Shown: positions 46,706-55,767, counted from the first letter of the stretch. The stretch is 59,945 bases of DNA from Patescibacteria group bacterium (GCA_038062135.1 JBBTXT010000007.1:1-59945); one strand, 5' to 3'. Made by a program: numbers and translations. The notes: generated by a model not told the origin, from the sequence alone.

Positions 46706-47014
46706 ATGTTAAATAACGAACAACAAGCGCTCGCGGAAAAACTTGGCATACTTCTCGCCGACTCGGCGTTGCCAGAAATGATCAAAGAGGCTATCATCCA
46801 AAATCTCTACAAGATACCGGATGATAAGGTGGCGGAATTAGTCAGAGTTCTTGAAACCGAGCAAGGCAAGCTAAATTCACTGGTTGCGGATCTGCAAAAG
46901 TTTTTCCAGGTTCAAAAAAGTTCCTGGGCAGAAACCGAAAAAAAACAAAGTTCGGTGGCCGCCGACTTGGAACAAGAGATTGTTAAGGAACTGTCTTCGG
47001 AAGTTACTCAATAA
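46706..47014 (+). CDS. hypothetical acidic helical protein, 102 aa
   Basis: Starts 9 nt after the 1015-aa ORF. No motif recognised. Confidence 0.45.
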   Translation: MLNNEQQALAEKLGILLADSALPEMIKEAIIQNLYKIPDDKVAELVRVLETEQGKLNSLVADLQKFFQVQKSSWAETEKKQSSVAADLEQEIVKELSSEVTQ

Positions 47015-47024
47015 AATATCAGCT

Positions 47025-47462
47025 ATGGCAGAATATGATTTTATAATCCACGCTGACGGCGGGGCTCGGGGCAATCCAGGCCCGGCCGCCATTGGAGTTG
47101 TTGTTGAAGGCGCCGGAATTGAAAAGAAAGAATACGGCGAATATATCGGCGTTACAACCAACAACATCGCCGAATATCAGGCGGTTATTTTTGGTCTTAA
47201 AAAACTTAAGCAGTTGGCCGGGTCAGAACGTGTTGGTCGGAGCACCGTGGGCGTATACGCTGACAGCGAACTTTTGGTTAAGCAAGCACTCGGAGAATAT
47301 AAGGTAAAAGAATCATCCCTTCAGGATTTGTTTATTGAGCTTTGGAACTTAAGGCTGGATTTTAAAAAAGTATCTTTTCATCACGTGTTCCGCGAAAATA
47401 ATAAAGACGCCGACAGGATGGTTAATTATGCCTTGGATCGGGAAGAAAACCGTCTTATTTAG
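47025..47462 (+). CDS. rnhA: ribonuclease HI-like protein
   Basis: IIHADGGARGNPGPAAIGVVV, TNNIAEYQAVIFGL, ADRMVNYAL. ATG 47025 preferred. Confidence 0.88.
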   Translation: MAEYDFIIHADGGARGNPGPAAIGVVVEGAGIEKKEYGEYIGVTTNNIAEYQAVIFGLKKLKQLAGSERVGRSTVGVYADSELLVKQALGEYKVKESSLQDLFIELWNLRLDFKKVSFHHVFRENNKDADRMVNYALDREENRLI

Positions 47463-47486
47463 GATTTGATCTAAAGGTGCCGAGTG

Positions 47487-47495
47487 TGCTATAAT
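47487..47495 (+). promoter_or_regulatory. extended -10 (TGtgcTATAAT region) for rnpB
   Basis: TATAAT at 47490-47495, about 7 nt before the P1 5' strand. Confidence 0.5.
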
Positions 47496-47501
47496 AGAGT
47501 C

Positions 47502-48024
47502 CTCCATCTTAGACAGCTACTCCCGCGCTTTGCGCGGGGGAGGAAAGTCCGAGCATGCTCTTGCCCATAACATGGGCAGATAAAATGGTAGCGGGTAACG
47601 CCCGTCGTCCGTCGTCAAGATACACGTCTTGTCGTCGAGACAGAGGTGCGAGCAGAGACGCCAAAAACCGAAAGGTTTTAGGCGCCCTTCCGTAGCTTTA
47701 TGCGAAGGAGGGCGAATCCTTGTATAAGCTCAATCGTGTTAGCCTTCTCGGTAATACCTTGAGGCTTGCTCCGAGCTAAGCAAGGGGTGAAACGGCTAAA
47801 TCCTTACTGGCATGCAAGTACAGCGTTCCCGTCTTTTGATGATCTTTCATTGAAGACGAGGTTCGAAAAGTTCGTACGCTAATGGGCGAAGTTTCTGTGG
47901 GCGGTGCGCAAGCCCGCCCAAAAGAATCGCTCTTGAGGTGTGCGGTAACGCACATCCCAGATAAATTGCTGTCTCGTTCCGCAAATGGGCGGAAACAGAC
48001 AGAACTCGGCTTATTAGATGGAGA
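47502..48024 (+). ncRNA. rnpB: RNase P RNA (bacterial type, unusually long at about 520 nt)
   Basis: GGAGGAAAGTCCGAGC (CR-I), GGGTAACGCCC loop, ACAGACAGAACTCGGCTTA (CR-V). P1 CCATCT/AGATGG, P2 GACAGC/GCTGTC, P3-like CCCGCGC-TTT-GCGCGGG. Confidence 0.9.
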
Positions 48025-48030
48025 CCGCCT

Positions 48031-48054
48031 AAAACCCGCAGAAATGCGGGTTTT
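48031..48054 (+). terminator. terminator AAAACCCGCA-GAAA-TGCGGGTTTT
   Basis: Perfect stem with flanking A and T tracts. Confidence 0.8.
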
Positions 48055-48092
48055 AGGTTGAAAGGCCACCTTTTTCGTGTTAGCTTTGGCTC

Positions 48093-49478
48093 GTGAAACG
48101 GGCTGATCTCATATTTACCGTTCTGCGTCTGCCGGTTGATTTTGCCATGCTTGTTTTGGCGGCAGTAGTAGCTTACTTTCTTCGCACCGAACTCATCTCC
48201 ATTTTCCGTCCGGTATTGTTTGAACTCAACCTTCCGCTTACAAGATACCTGGGGCTAAGTGTATTGACGTCCTTGGCGTTTTTGGCGGCGTTTGCGATTG
48301 TGGGTCTCTATTCGTTTAAGCGTCTTAAGACTACCGAAGAATTCGGTAAAATCCTGGTTGGATGTTCTGCGGGCATTCTTGCGGTTATAATTTATATCTT
48401 TTTGCGCCAAGAGCTTTTTGATTCGCGCTTTCTGGTTCTCGGCGGATGGCTTCTTTCAATTGTGTTTGTTTCCCTTGGAAGAACCGTGGTTAGGGGAATT
48501 CAGCGCGTAGTAGTAGCCCGTCGCGGGTTTGGTATTCATAAACTTATTGTTATCGGCAAAGGAGAAGAGGCTCATAAAATAACTCACTCCATACAAGAAA
48601 ACCCCGCCCTTGGCTATCGGGTTGTCGGTCATCTGGAACGGCCAGATATTCAGGAGCTTTACAATCGGTTTAATGATCTCGGATTGGACGAGGTTATCCT
48701 GGCCGACGATGGGTTTCCTTCCGGCGAGGTGGTTGCGCTCGTGGATTTTTGCAACGAACATCATATCGTTTTTAAATTTGTACCCTCGCTTTATCAATCA
48801 CTCACATCGCGCGTGGAACTTGACGCAATCGCGGATACACCGATTATTGAACTCAAGAGAACGCTATTAGATGGATGGGGCAGGGTAGCCAAGCGCACAT
48901 TTGATATTGTCTCGTCTTTTTGGGGTTTGATTATTTTATCGCCGGTATTTGCCATCCTTACCCTGGCCATTAAATGGGAAACGGCGGGTCCGGTTTTTGC
49001 GAGACTTCGCCGGGTTAGCAAAAATAAAGAATTTAATATGTATAAGTTCCGCAGCATGGTTGAGAATGCTGAAGACCTAAAGCAATTTTTAGAGCAATTT
49101 AACGAACGCAAGGATGGCCCGTTATTCAAAATGGCAAATGATCCGCGCGTTACCAGGGTTGGAAAGTTTATCCGTCGCTGGCGTATTGATGAGCTAGGAC
49201 AGATGATAAACATCCTGAAAGGCGATATGAGCTGGGTCGGTCCTCGCCCGCACCAGCCTGATGAGATTGCGCGTTATCAGAAACACCATAAGCGCGTTCT
49301 TGCGATTAAAGCGGGCGCGTCAGGTCTTGCCCAGGTTTCCGGAAGTTCCAATCTTCCGTTTGAAGAAGAAGTCGCCCTAGACACCTTTTATATTGAAAAC
49401 TGGTCGCTTTGGATGGATATGAAAGTTATTTTAAAGACTGTGCTTAAAATGGTTTCAAAAGATAGAAGCGCAGTATGA
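48093..49478 (+). CDS. polyprenyl-phosphate sugar phosphotransferase (WbaP/bacterial sugar transferase family)
   Basis: 4-5 N-terminal TM helices. C-terminal KRTFDIVSS..SPVFAILTLAIKWETAGPVFARLRRVSKNKEFNMYKFRSM, DELGQMINILKGDMSWVGPRP. Confidence 0.9.
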   Translation: MKRADLIFTVLRLPVDFAMLVLAAVVAYFLRTELISIFRPVLFELNLPLTRYLGLSVLTSLAFLAAFAIVGLYSFKRLKTTEEFGKILVGCSAGILAVIIYIFLRQELFDSRFLVLGGWLLSIVFVSLGRTVVRGIQRVVVARRGFGIHKLIVIGKGEEAHKITHSIQENPALGYRVVGHLERPDIQELYNRFNDLGLDEVILADDGFPSGEVVALVDFCNEHHIVFKFVPSLYQSLTSRVELDAIADTPIIELKRTLLDGWGRVAKRTFDIVSSFWGLIILSPVFAILTLAIKWETAGPVFARLRRVSKNKEFNMYKFRSMVENAEDLKQFLEQFNERKDGPLFKMANDPRVTRVGKFIRRWRIDELGQMINILKGDMSWVGPRPHQPDEIARYQKHHKRVLAIKAGASGLAQVSGSSNLPFEEEVALDTFYIENWSLWMDMKVILKTVLKMVSKDRSAV

Positions 49479-49481
49479 GAT

Positions 49482-49573
49482 CTGCACGGGGTCAGTTTTT
49501 AAACCGTGCGGGTAGGCGGCGGGACCTTAATTTATAATCAGATATGGCAGGTTTAAAAACTGGCTCCGTGCAG
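49482..49573 (+). promoter_or_regulatory. hairpin-enclosed conserved core element, copy B (8 nt upstream of GT4 ATG)
   Basis: Arms CTGCACGGGGTCAGTTTTTAAACC / GGTTTAAAAACTGGCTCCGTGCAG (24 bp including two G:U). Core GTGCGGGTAGGCGGCGGGACCTTAATTTATAATCAGATATGGCA. Confidence 0.8.
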
Positions 49574-49581
49574 ATAAATCT

Positions 49582-50661
49582 ATGAAAATCGCCCTTGCTC
49601 ACGATTATCTAAACCAATACGGCGGCGCCGAACGGGTGCTCCAGGTTTTATGCGCCATGTTCCCGCGTGCTCCGATCTACACCACAATCTATGATGAAGT
49701 GGCGACGGGCGGGGTTTTTAAGGACAGAGTTATTAGAACCTCGTTTCTTCAGCGTCTGCCAGGCGCCCTAAGACATCACCATGCCTTCGCTCCGCTTATG
49801 CCGTTGGCGGTGGAACAGTTTGACACTTCCGACTACGACGTTGTTCTTTCGGTTTCGGCGTCCTTCATTAAAGGACTGGTTACCGCTCCGCATACTCGCC
49901 ACATTGATTATTGTTTGACTCCGCCACGTTTTTTATGGGATGACAGCCACAAATTTGTTGATGAATTTAAATATCCTTGGCCGCTTAAGCGCATAGCTAT
50001 CCCGGCACTTTCTTATTTAAGGATTTGGGATCGTGAAGCTTCGCATAGAGTAGATAATTTTTTAGCCATTTCAGGATTCGTCAAAGATCGTATTAAAAAA
50101 TATTACGGCCGTGAAGCTGAAATTATCTACCCGCCCGTCGCCATAGAAAAGTTTAGTGTTGCAACTAAGCCCGGAGAATATTTCCTTATGGTAGGCCGCC
50201 TGGTTGCGTATAAAAAGTTTGATCTTGCTGTCCGCGTGTTTAACCGTTTAGGGTGGCCGCTAAAAATCGTCGGAACCGGAATTGAAACCCGCCGGCTCAA
50301 AAAATTAGCCGATCCGAATATTGAATTCCTCGGCTTGGTTGATGACGACAAACTTGCCGAACTTTACCGTGGAGCTAAGGCTTTGATATTCCCGCAGGAA
50401 GAAGACTTTGGAATCGTGCCCCTGGAGTCTATGGCCAGCGGCCGGCCGGTCATCGCTTATCGTGCCGGGGGTGTGCTTGAAACCGTTCAAGAGGGGGTGA
50501 CTGGCACGTTTTTTAATGAGCAATCGGAGGATTCTCTGTTTGAAGCCTTAAAATCTTTTGATCCTGCTTTATTTGATCCTGGTGCCTGCAGAAGTCGAGC
50601 CGAACAGTTTGATGTGGAAGAATTTAGAAAAAAAATACAAAAAGCAGTCCAACAAACATGA
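49582..50661 (+). CDS. GT4-family glycosyltransferase
   Basis: EEDFGIVPLESMASGRPVIAY (E-x7-E region). Confidence 0.88.
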   Translation: MKIALAHDYLNQYGGAERVLQVLCAMFPRAPIYTTIYDEVATGGVFKDRVIRTSFLQRLPGALRHHHAFAPLMPLAVEQFDTSDYDVVLSVSASFIKGLVTAPHTRHIDYCLTPPRFLWDDSHKFVDEFKYPWPLKRIAIPALSYLRIWDREASHRVDNFLAISGFVKDRIKKYYGREAEIIYPPVAIEKFSVATKPGEYFLMVGRLVAYKKFDLAVRVFNRLGWPLKIVGTGIETRRLKKLADPNIEFLGLVDDDKLAELYRGAKALIFPQEEDFGIVPLESMASGRPVIAYRAGGVLETVQEGVTGTFFNEQSEDSLFEALKSFDPALFDPGACRSRAEQFDVEEFRKKIQKAVQQT

Positions 50662-51779
50662 CTATCGGGATTGATATTCGCCCGCTTGGATCGGGCCGGC
50701 GAAGCGGAGTAGAGGAGTATATTATCAGGTTGCTTGAAAACCTAATACCGCTTGATCCGACGGTTAACTATAAGCTTTTTTATTCTTCCTACAGCCGACC
50801 CCTGCCTGATTTTCCGTGGCTCCGGGCGCCGAATGTCAGTGTTTTTAGGTTTAAAATTCCAAATCGGCTTTTATTTTTTGGACAAAGATTTTTAGGAATC
50901 CCAAAGATTGATAAGCTTCTCGGCGGCGTGGATGTTTTTTTCTCACCGCATTTTTTGCCGGTGGCCCTTTCGCCGGGCGTAAAGAGGGTCACAACATTTC
51001 ACGATCTGTCCTTTTTAAGATTTCCCGAATTTTTTCCGAGTTCGTCGCGCTGGTGGCACCGGTTCATTAATCCTATAAAAGCTGCAAAGTTTTCCGATCG
51101 CCTAATAGCCGTTTCTGATTCAACAGCCCGCGATCTGGAACATTTTTACAGCATAGATCCCGTGCGTGTCACAAAAATATATTCAGGAGTCGGATCAGAT
51201 ATGGCGCGTCCGGAACAACACGAAATTTCAAGATTTAAATACGACAAAGTATTGCCGGATAAATTCATACTGTTTTTGGGCACCCTTGAACCGAGAAAAA
51301 ACATAATCGGCTTAATTCGGGCTTTTGAAATGATTAGTCGCCGCGAAACGCATTTAATTATTGCCGGTTCGCCAGGTTGGCTGTACGAAGACATTTTGAA
51401 ATCCGTTGAAAATTCTCCGGCCAAGGACAGGATTCGTTTGTTCGGAACAATTCAGGAACACGAACGACCGTTGTTGTATGGATCGGCGTCGGTTTTCGCG
51501 TACCCATCGTTTTTTGAAGGTTTCGGATTTCCTCCCTTGGAAGCGATGGCTTGCGGAGTGCCGGTTATAGTTTCCCAAAACTCCTCCTTGCCGGAAGTGG
51601 TTGGAAATTCCGGCATCTTGGTTAATCCGTATTCAATTTCCTCAATTAGCACAGCCCTAGAGCAGGTTTTAGGGGATCAATCTTTGGCGGTCGACCTTTC
51701 TACTAGTGGTCAGGCAAGGGCAGAACTGTTTACCTGGGAAAAAACTGCTAAAGAAACTCTTAGGGTGCTTACCTTCTAG
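50658..51779 (+). CDS. GT4-family glycosyltransferase
   Basis: FEGFGFPPLEAMACGVPVIVS. ATGA overlap with the upstream gene. Confidence 0.88.
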   Translation: MTIGIDIRPLGSGRRSGVEEYIIRLLENLIPLDPTVNYKLFYSSYSRPLPDFPWLRAPNVSVFRFKIPNRLLFFGQRFLGIPKIDKLLGGVDVFFSPHFLPVALSPGVKRVTTFHDLSFLRFPEFFPSSSRWWHRFINPIKAAKFSDRLIAVSDSTARDLEHFYSIDPVRVTKIYSGVGSDMARPEQHEISRFKYDKVLPDKFILFLGTLEPRKNIIGLIRAFEMISRRETHLIIAGSPGWLYEDILKSVENSPAKDRIRLFGTIQEHERPLLYGSASVFAYPSFFEGFGFPPLEAMACGVPVIVSQNSSLPEVVGNSGILVNPYSISSISTALEQVLGDQSLAVDLSTSGQARAELFTWEKTAKETLRVLTF

Positions 51780-51832
51780 TTATTTCCACACGGTCTTATG
51801 CAACGTGGGTGGTATAATAAGGGGGAATACAT

Positions 51833-54382
51833 ATGCCCCTTAACCGGAACAAGACCGGGGCCTTGTTTGATATAAAGCCGGTAGATTCATCCGGCCGTCT
51901 TGCTGTTGAAAAACTTTCCAACCTTTCTCCAAAAATTGATTTGAGAACCGGTGGATCGCGAATAACTAAAGTTAAACGTGAAGTTACCGTTGCCCGCTCA
52001 TTTATGCCGGTTACGGCGGTTGCTAAATCTGTCCCGCCAGCGCTTAACAGGGATCAGGCTTTAAGAGAAATTGAAGCATCGTTGGCCTCAATAGGCGATC
52101 CGCAGTCTGTTCTGGTCCGTTCGGGCGCAAGTGTTGTCGGTATTACTCTTGCCAAACCCCGCTACCATCCGATAGTAAACCGTTCCCCTGATATCCAAAA
52201 CGAACGCCACCACAACTCAATTTTAAATGAGATAAGGGTTTCGTCTAAGCAGGCAACCCAGATTAGTCAGACCCGCATAAGCGAAGTTCCGGTTGAGCCG
52301 GTTCTAGTAAGTTCCAACTCTGTAGTTTCACAAACCGCTCTCCATCGTGCCCGGCTTGGCACCTGGCTGGATGGATTTAAAAACCAGTCATCGAGGTCTT
52401 CTCCGATGCCGATTATTTCGGCTCGTCCCCGGCGCGGTGGATTCATAAATCCGCCGCGAGGCAACCTTAGAATCTTGATGCTGGTTTCATTTATAGCTAT
52501 TTCCGCGGCGGCAATCGCTTACGGCTTGTTTGTTAAACAAAGAATCATAGAACAGGGCGCTCACGCGGTGTCTAATCTTCAAAATGCGCGCGATAATTTA
52601 GCTAATCTGGATTTTAATGCTGCAACAACCGATTTTCTAGCAGCTTATAAGAATTTCTCAAAAGCCGGAGAGCAGTTTCATATTCTCGGCGCCAACGTGA
52701 GCGCATTATTAGAAGCTTTGCCCGGTACCGACCGCTTGGCCGCCGCCAGAAAATTAGTTGAGGCCGGGGCGCTGATTTCCGATGCTGGCTCGGCGGTGAC
52801 TGAAGCTGTCGGAACTCTCGCCGAAACGCGCCACTTTTTTGATCCGGCCACCGGCCGCTCCTCGCTTTCAAGCGAGCTCATGGGACCGACGGTCAGAGCG
52901 CTTACTAAGGCCAAGGACAACGTAAACAAATCAGCGGAGCTTCTGGCGGATGTTGACCCGGCGCTTTTGCCGGCCGACCAGCAAGAGGCCTTTAAATCTT
53001 TTAAAGAAAAAATTCCCGAGTTTCAGCGCTTGGCCGGCACCGCGGCGGACGGAGCCAGGTTTCTGGAGGAGCTTATCGGAAGCCGGGGCACGAAGCGATA
53101 TTTAGTTTTGTTCCAAAATTTCAGCGAACTGCGTCCGTCCGGAGGATTTCCGGGCAGTTACGGCGTGGCGGTGTTTGAAGACGGACGCCTAAAAGAATTA
53201 AAGGTTGATGATATTTATAATCCCGACGGCCAGCTTAAAGATCTGATTGTCCCGCCCGCTCCGCTTCAGCACATAACGGTGAATTGGGCGATGAGGGATG
53301 CGGGCTGGTTCGTTGATTTTCCGGAATCCGCCCGAAAATTCATTTGGTTTTTCCGGCGTGAGTCCGGAACTTCCGTTGACGGTGTCTTCACGGTGAGCCC
53401 GAGGGTAATCACGGAAGTTTTAAAACTGGTGGGCCCCGTAGAATTGCCCGCCTATAAAAAAACTCTTACAAGTGAAAACTTTTTAGCCGAGGTCCAAAGC
53501 GATGTTGAATACGGAGACAATAATAAAAAACTTAATCAGCCCAAGAAGATACTGACTGACTTTGTGCCCCTATTCCTTTCTAAGCTCTCAAATTTGGACG
53601 GAGCCAAATGGTTGGATGCGGTAAACATAATTATGGCCAGCTTGGAACGGAAAGATGTTCTTATGTATTTCAAAACTCCAGCGCTTCAAGATTTTGTGTT
53701 AGAGCACGAGCTTGGCGGCCAGGTGTCCCAGGATAGAAGCGACTACCTTACTGTTAACTTCGCCAATATTAAGGGTGCCAAGACTGATGCGGTTACCGAC
53801 TCCGCATTGTCTTTGACGACAACTATAGACGGAGGGATTATACGCCATAAGGCAACCATTACGCGGACGCATACCGGCGGCAAGAGCCAGTACGGTTTTT
53901 ACAATCGCCAAAACTCAAGCTATGTCCGGGTTCTGGTTCCAAAGGGGTCGCAACTCTTGGGCGTAAAGGGAATCAGTAAGACCGACTACCGGCCTCTTGT
54001 GGACTATGCTACCGCCGCGTTTATTCAAGACGAAGAACTAACCGAACTTGAAAAATCCGGAACGAAGGATCAGGTCACCGGAGTGACTACTGGGGAAGAG
54101 GCAGATAAAACATCTTTCGGGTTCTGGATGATTACGGAGCCTGGCGCCACAAAAACAGTTGAGTTGGAGTATAGCGTGCCGGCGGCGCTGGCCAAGAGTG
54201 ACTACCAAATGACAATACAAAAACAGCCTGGCATGGAGTTTAAACATTTTGATTTTTCACTTACCCCGGCGGAAGGTCTGACGGTGGGGGAAACGGAACC
54301 TGCCTTGCGGCAGTCGGGTGATTCGTATATTCTCACAGGTGCGTTGGAAAAAGATTTAAATCTTCGCATACAGTTTAAATAG
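51833..54382 (+). CDS. DUF4012-like membrane-anchored protein, 849 aa
   Basis: TM helix ILMLVSFIAISAAAIAYGLFV. YLVLFQNFSELRPSGGFPGSYGVAVFEDG resembles the DUF4012 core as I recall it. Confidence 0.75.
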   Translation: MPLNRNKTGALFDIKPVDSSGRLAVEKLSNLSPKIDLRTGGSRITKVKREVTVARSFMPVTAVAKSVPPALNRDQALREIEASLASIGDPQSVLVRSGASVVGITLAKPRYHPIVNRSPDIQNERHHNSILNEIRVSSKQATQISQTRISEVPVEPVLVSSNSVVSQTALHRARLGTWLDGFKNQSSRSSPMPIISARPRRGGFINPPRGNLRILMLVSFIAISAAAIAYGLFVKQRIIEQGAHAVSNLQNARDNLANLDFNAATTDFLAAYKNFSKAGEQFHILGANVSALLEALPGTDRLAAARKLVEAGALISDAGSAVTEAVGTLAETRHFFDPATGRSSLSSELMGPTVRALTKAKDNVNKSAELLADVDPALLPADQQEAFKSFKEKIPEFQRLAGTAADGARFLEELIGSRGTKRYLVLFQNFSELRPSGGFPGSYGVAVFEDGRLKELKVDDIYNPDGQLKDLIVPPAPLQHITVNWAMRDAGWFVDFPESARKFIWFFRRESGTSVDGVFTVSPRVITEVLKLVGPVELPAYKKTLTSENFLAEVQSDVEYGDNNKKLNQPKKILTDFVPLFLSKLSNLDGAKWLDAVNIIMASLERKDVLMYFKTPALQDFVLEHELGGQVSQDRSDYLTVNFANIKGAKTDAVTDSALSLTTTIDGGIIRHKATITRTHTGGKSQYGFYNRQNSSYVRVLVPKGSQLLGVKGISKTDYRPLVDYATAAFIQDEELTELEKSGTKDQVTGVTTGEEADKTSFGFWMITEPGATKTVELEYSVPAALAKSDYQMTIQKQPGMEFKHFDFSLTPAEGLTVGETEPALRQSGDSYILTGALEKDLNLRIQFK

Positions 54383-54393
54383 AGTTTAATCTT

Positions 54394-55728
54394 ATGAATG
54401 AATCGCTTCGGCGGAGCCTGTGGACCTCAAGCGCCTTATTGGCCGCTTTTAGTTTACTGGCAAAAATAGTGGGTCTTTTGCGCGACCGGATTTTGGCCGG
54501 ACAATTCGGCGCTTCGCATACGCTGGATATTTATTACAGCGCATTCAAGATCCCGGATCTGCTGTTTAATCTTGTCGTCGCGGGGGCGGTTTCTTCGGCG
54601 TTCATACCTTTGTTTACGCAAATCTACCGAAAGGGCGGGGGAGAAGGTTGGCTTTTTGCCCGACGTGCCATTACCGCAGCTCTAATTGTGATTGCCATTG
54701 GCGCGGTTATCGCTTGGGTATTCGCCGGTCCCTTGTCGCACTTGATTGCTCCGGGCTTTTCAGACTCGGATACCGCTCTATTGGCCGGCACGTTCAGAAT
54801 TATGCTTTTGAGCACGATTATTCTGGCGGTAAGTTCAATTTTTGGCGCAATGCTCCAATCTTTTGAAAGGTTCCTGGCGTATTCTATCGCCCCGATTCTT
54901 TACAACGTCGGAATTATTATCGGAGCGTTGTTTTTCGTACCGCTAGCTGAAAATGCGGGCTATTCGCCGGTTTACGCCCTTGCTTGGGGCGTTGTCCTTG
55001 GCGCGGGATTGCATTGGCTGGTTCAGCATTTTGCCATTCGCCGCGCCGGTTTTAAATTCTCTTGGGACGTTGAGTTTTCAGATCCGGCCTTGCGCCGGGT
55101 TGTTCGTCTTACCATTCCAAGAACTCTGGCGCTCGGTACGTATAATTTAGGAACCACAATTATCAATGCCTTGGCCTCTGCGCTTGGGGCGGGCGCAATA
55201 ACCATTCTTAACATCGCTTCAAACCTGCAATACGTTCCCATATCTTTAGTTGGAATTTCTATTGCTACTGCCGTTTTTCCGCGCTTATCGGCGCATGCAT
55301 CCGATGGACAGATGGATCATTTTAAAGAAAACTTTAACCACTCGTTAAGAAATACGTTTGCCCTAACGACAATTGCCGCGGTCGGCATCTATCTTTTCAG
55401 GGAGCCGATTGTGCGCATTCTTTTTGCTTCCGGTTCTTTTCAGGGCGCCGCAGTAGAAGAGACTGCGGCTGTGCTAGGAATCTTTATGTTGAATGTGGTG
55501 CCGCACAGTTTGCACCATATTGTGACTCGCGCGTTTTACTCGCTTGAAGATACGCGAACCCCGTTTTACGTGGCAATTATTTCTATAATATCCATTGTTG
55601 TCTTGGGGTATTTGTTTTCTCACCCGATGGACATGGGCGTAAGGGGATTAGCCCTGGCAACCGCAATTGGGGGCATAATAAACTTCACGGTTCTATACAC
55701 TATCTTTCGCCGCCGACATCTTTCGTGA
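54394..55728 (+). CDS. murJ: lipid II flippase MurJ (short form)
   Basis: LLAKIVGLLRDRILAGQFGAS..DIYYSAFKIPDLLFNLV; about 12 hydrophobic helices. Confidence 0.9.
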   Translation: MNESLRRSLWTSSALLAAFSLLAKIVGLLRDRILAGQFGASHTLDIYYSAFKIPDLLFNLVVAGAVSSAFIPLFTQIYRKGGGEGWLFARRAITAALIVIAIGAVIAWVFAGPLSHLIAPGFSDSDTALLAGTFRIMLLSTIILAVSSIFGAMLQSFERFLAYSIAPILYNVGIIIGALFFVPLAENAGYSPVYALAWGVVLGAGLHWLVQHFAIRRAGFKFSWDVEFSDPALRRVVRLTIPRTLALGTYNLGTTIINALASALGAGAITILNIASNLQYVPISLVGISIATAVFPRLSAHASDGQMDHFKENFNHSLRNTFALTTIAAVGIYLFREPIVRILFASGSFQGAAVEETAAVLGIFMLNVVPHSLHHIVTRAFYSLEDTRTPFYVAIISIISIVVLGYLFSHPMDMGVRGLALATAIGGIINFTVLYTIFRRRHLS

Positions 55729-55767
55729 TCTGTTGGTGCATGGTAAGGTATTTGCACTAGTATTTCA

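Noticed and set aside
47776-48069. 97-aa minus-strand ORF.
   Set aside because: It sits entirely inside RNase P RNA and its terminator.
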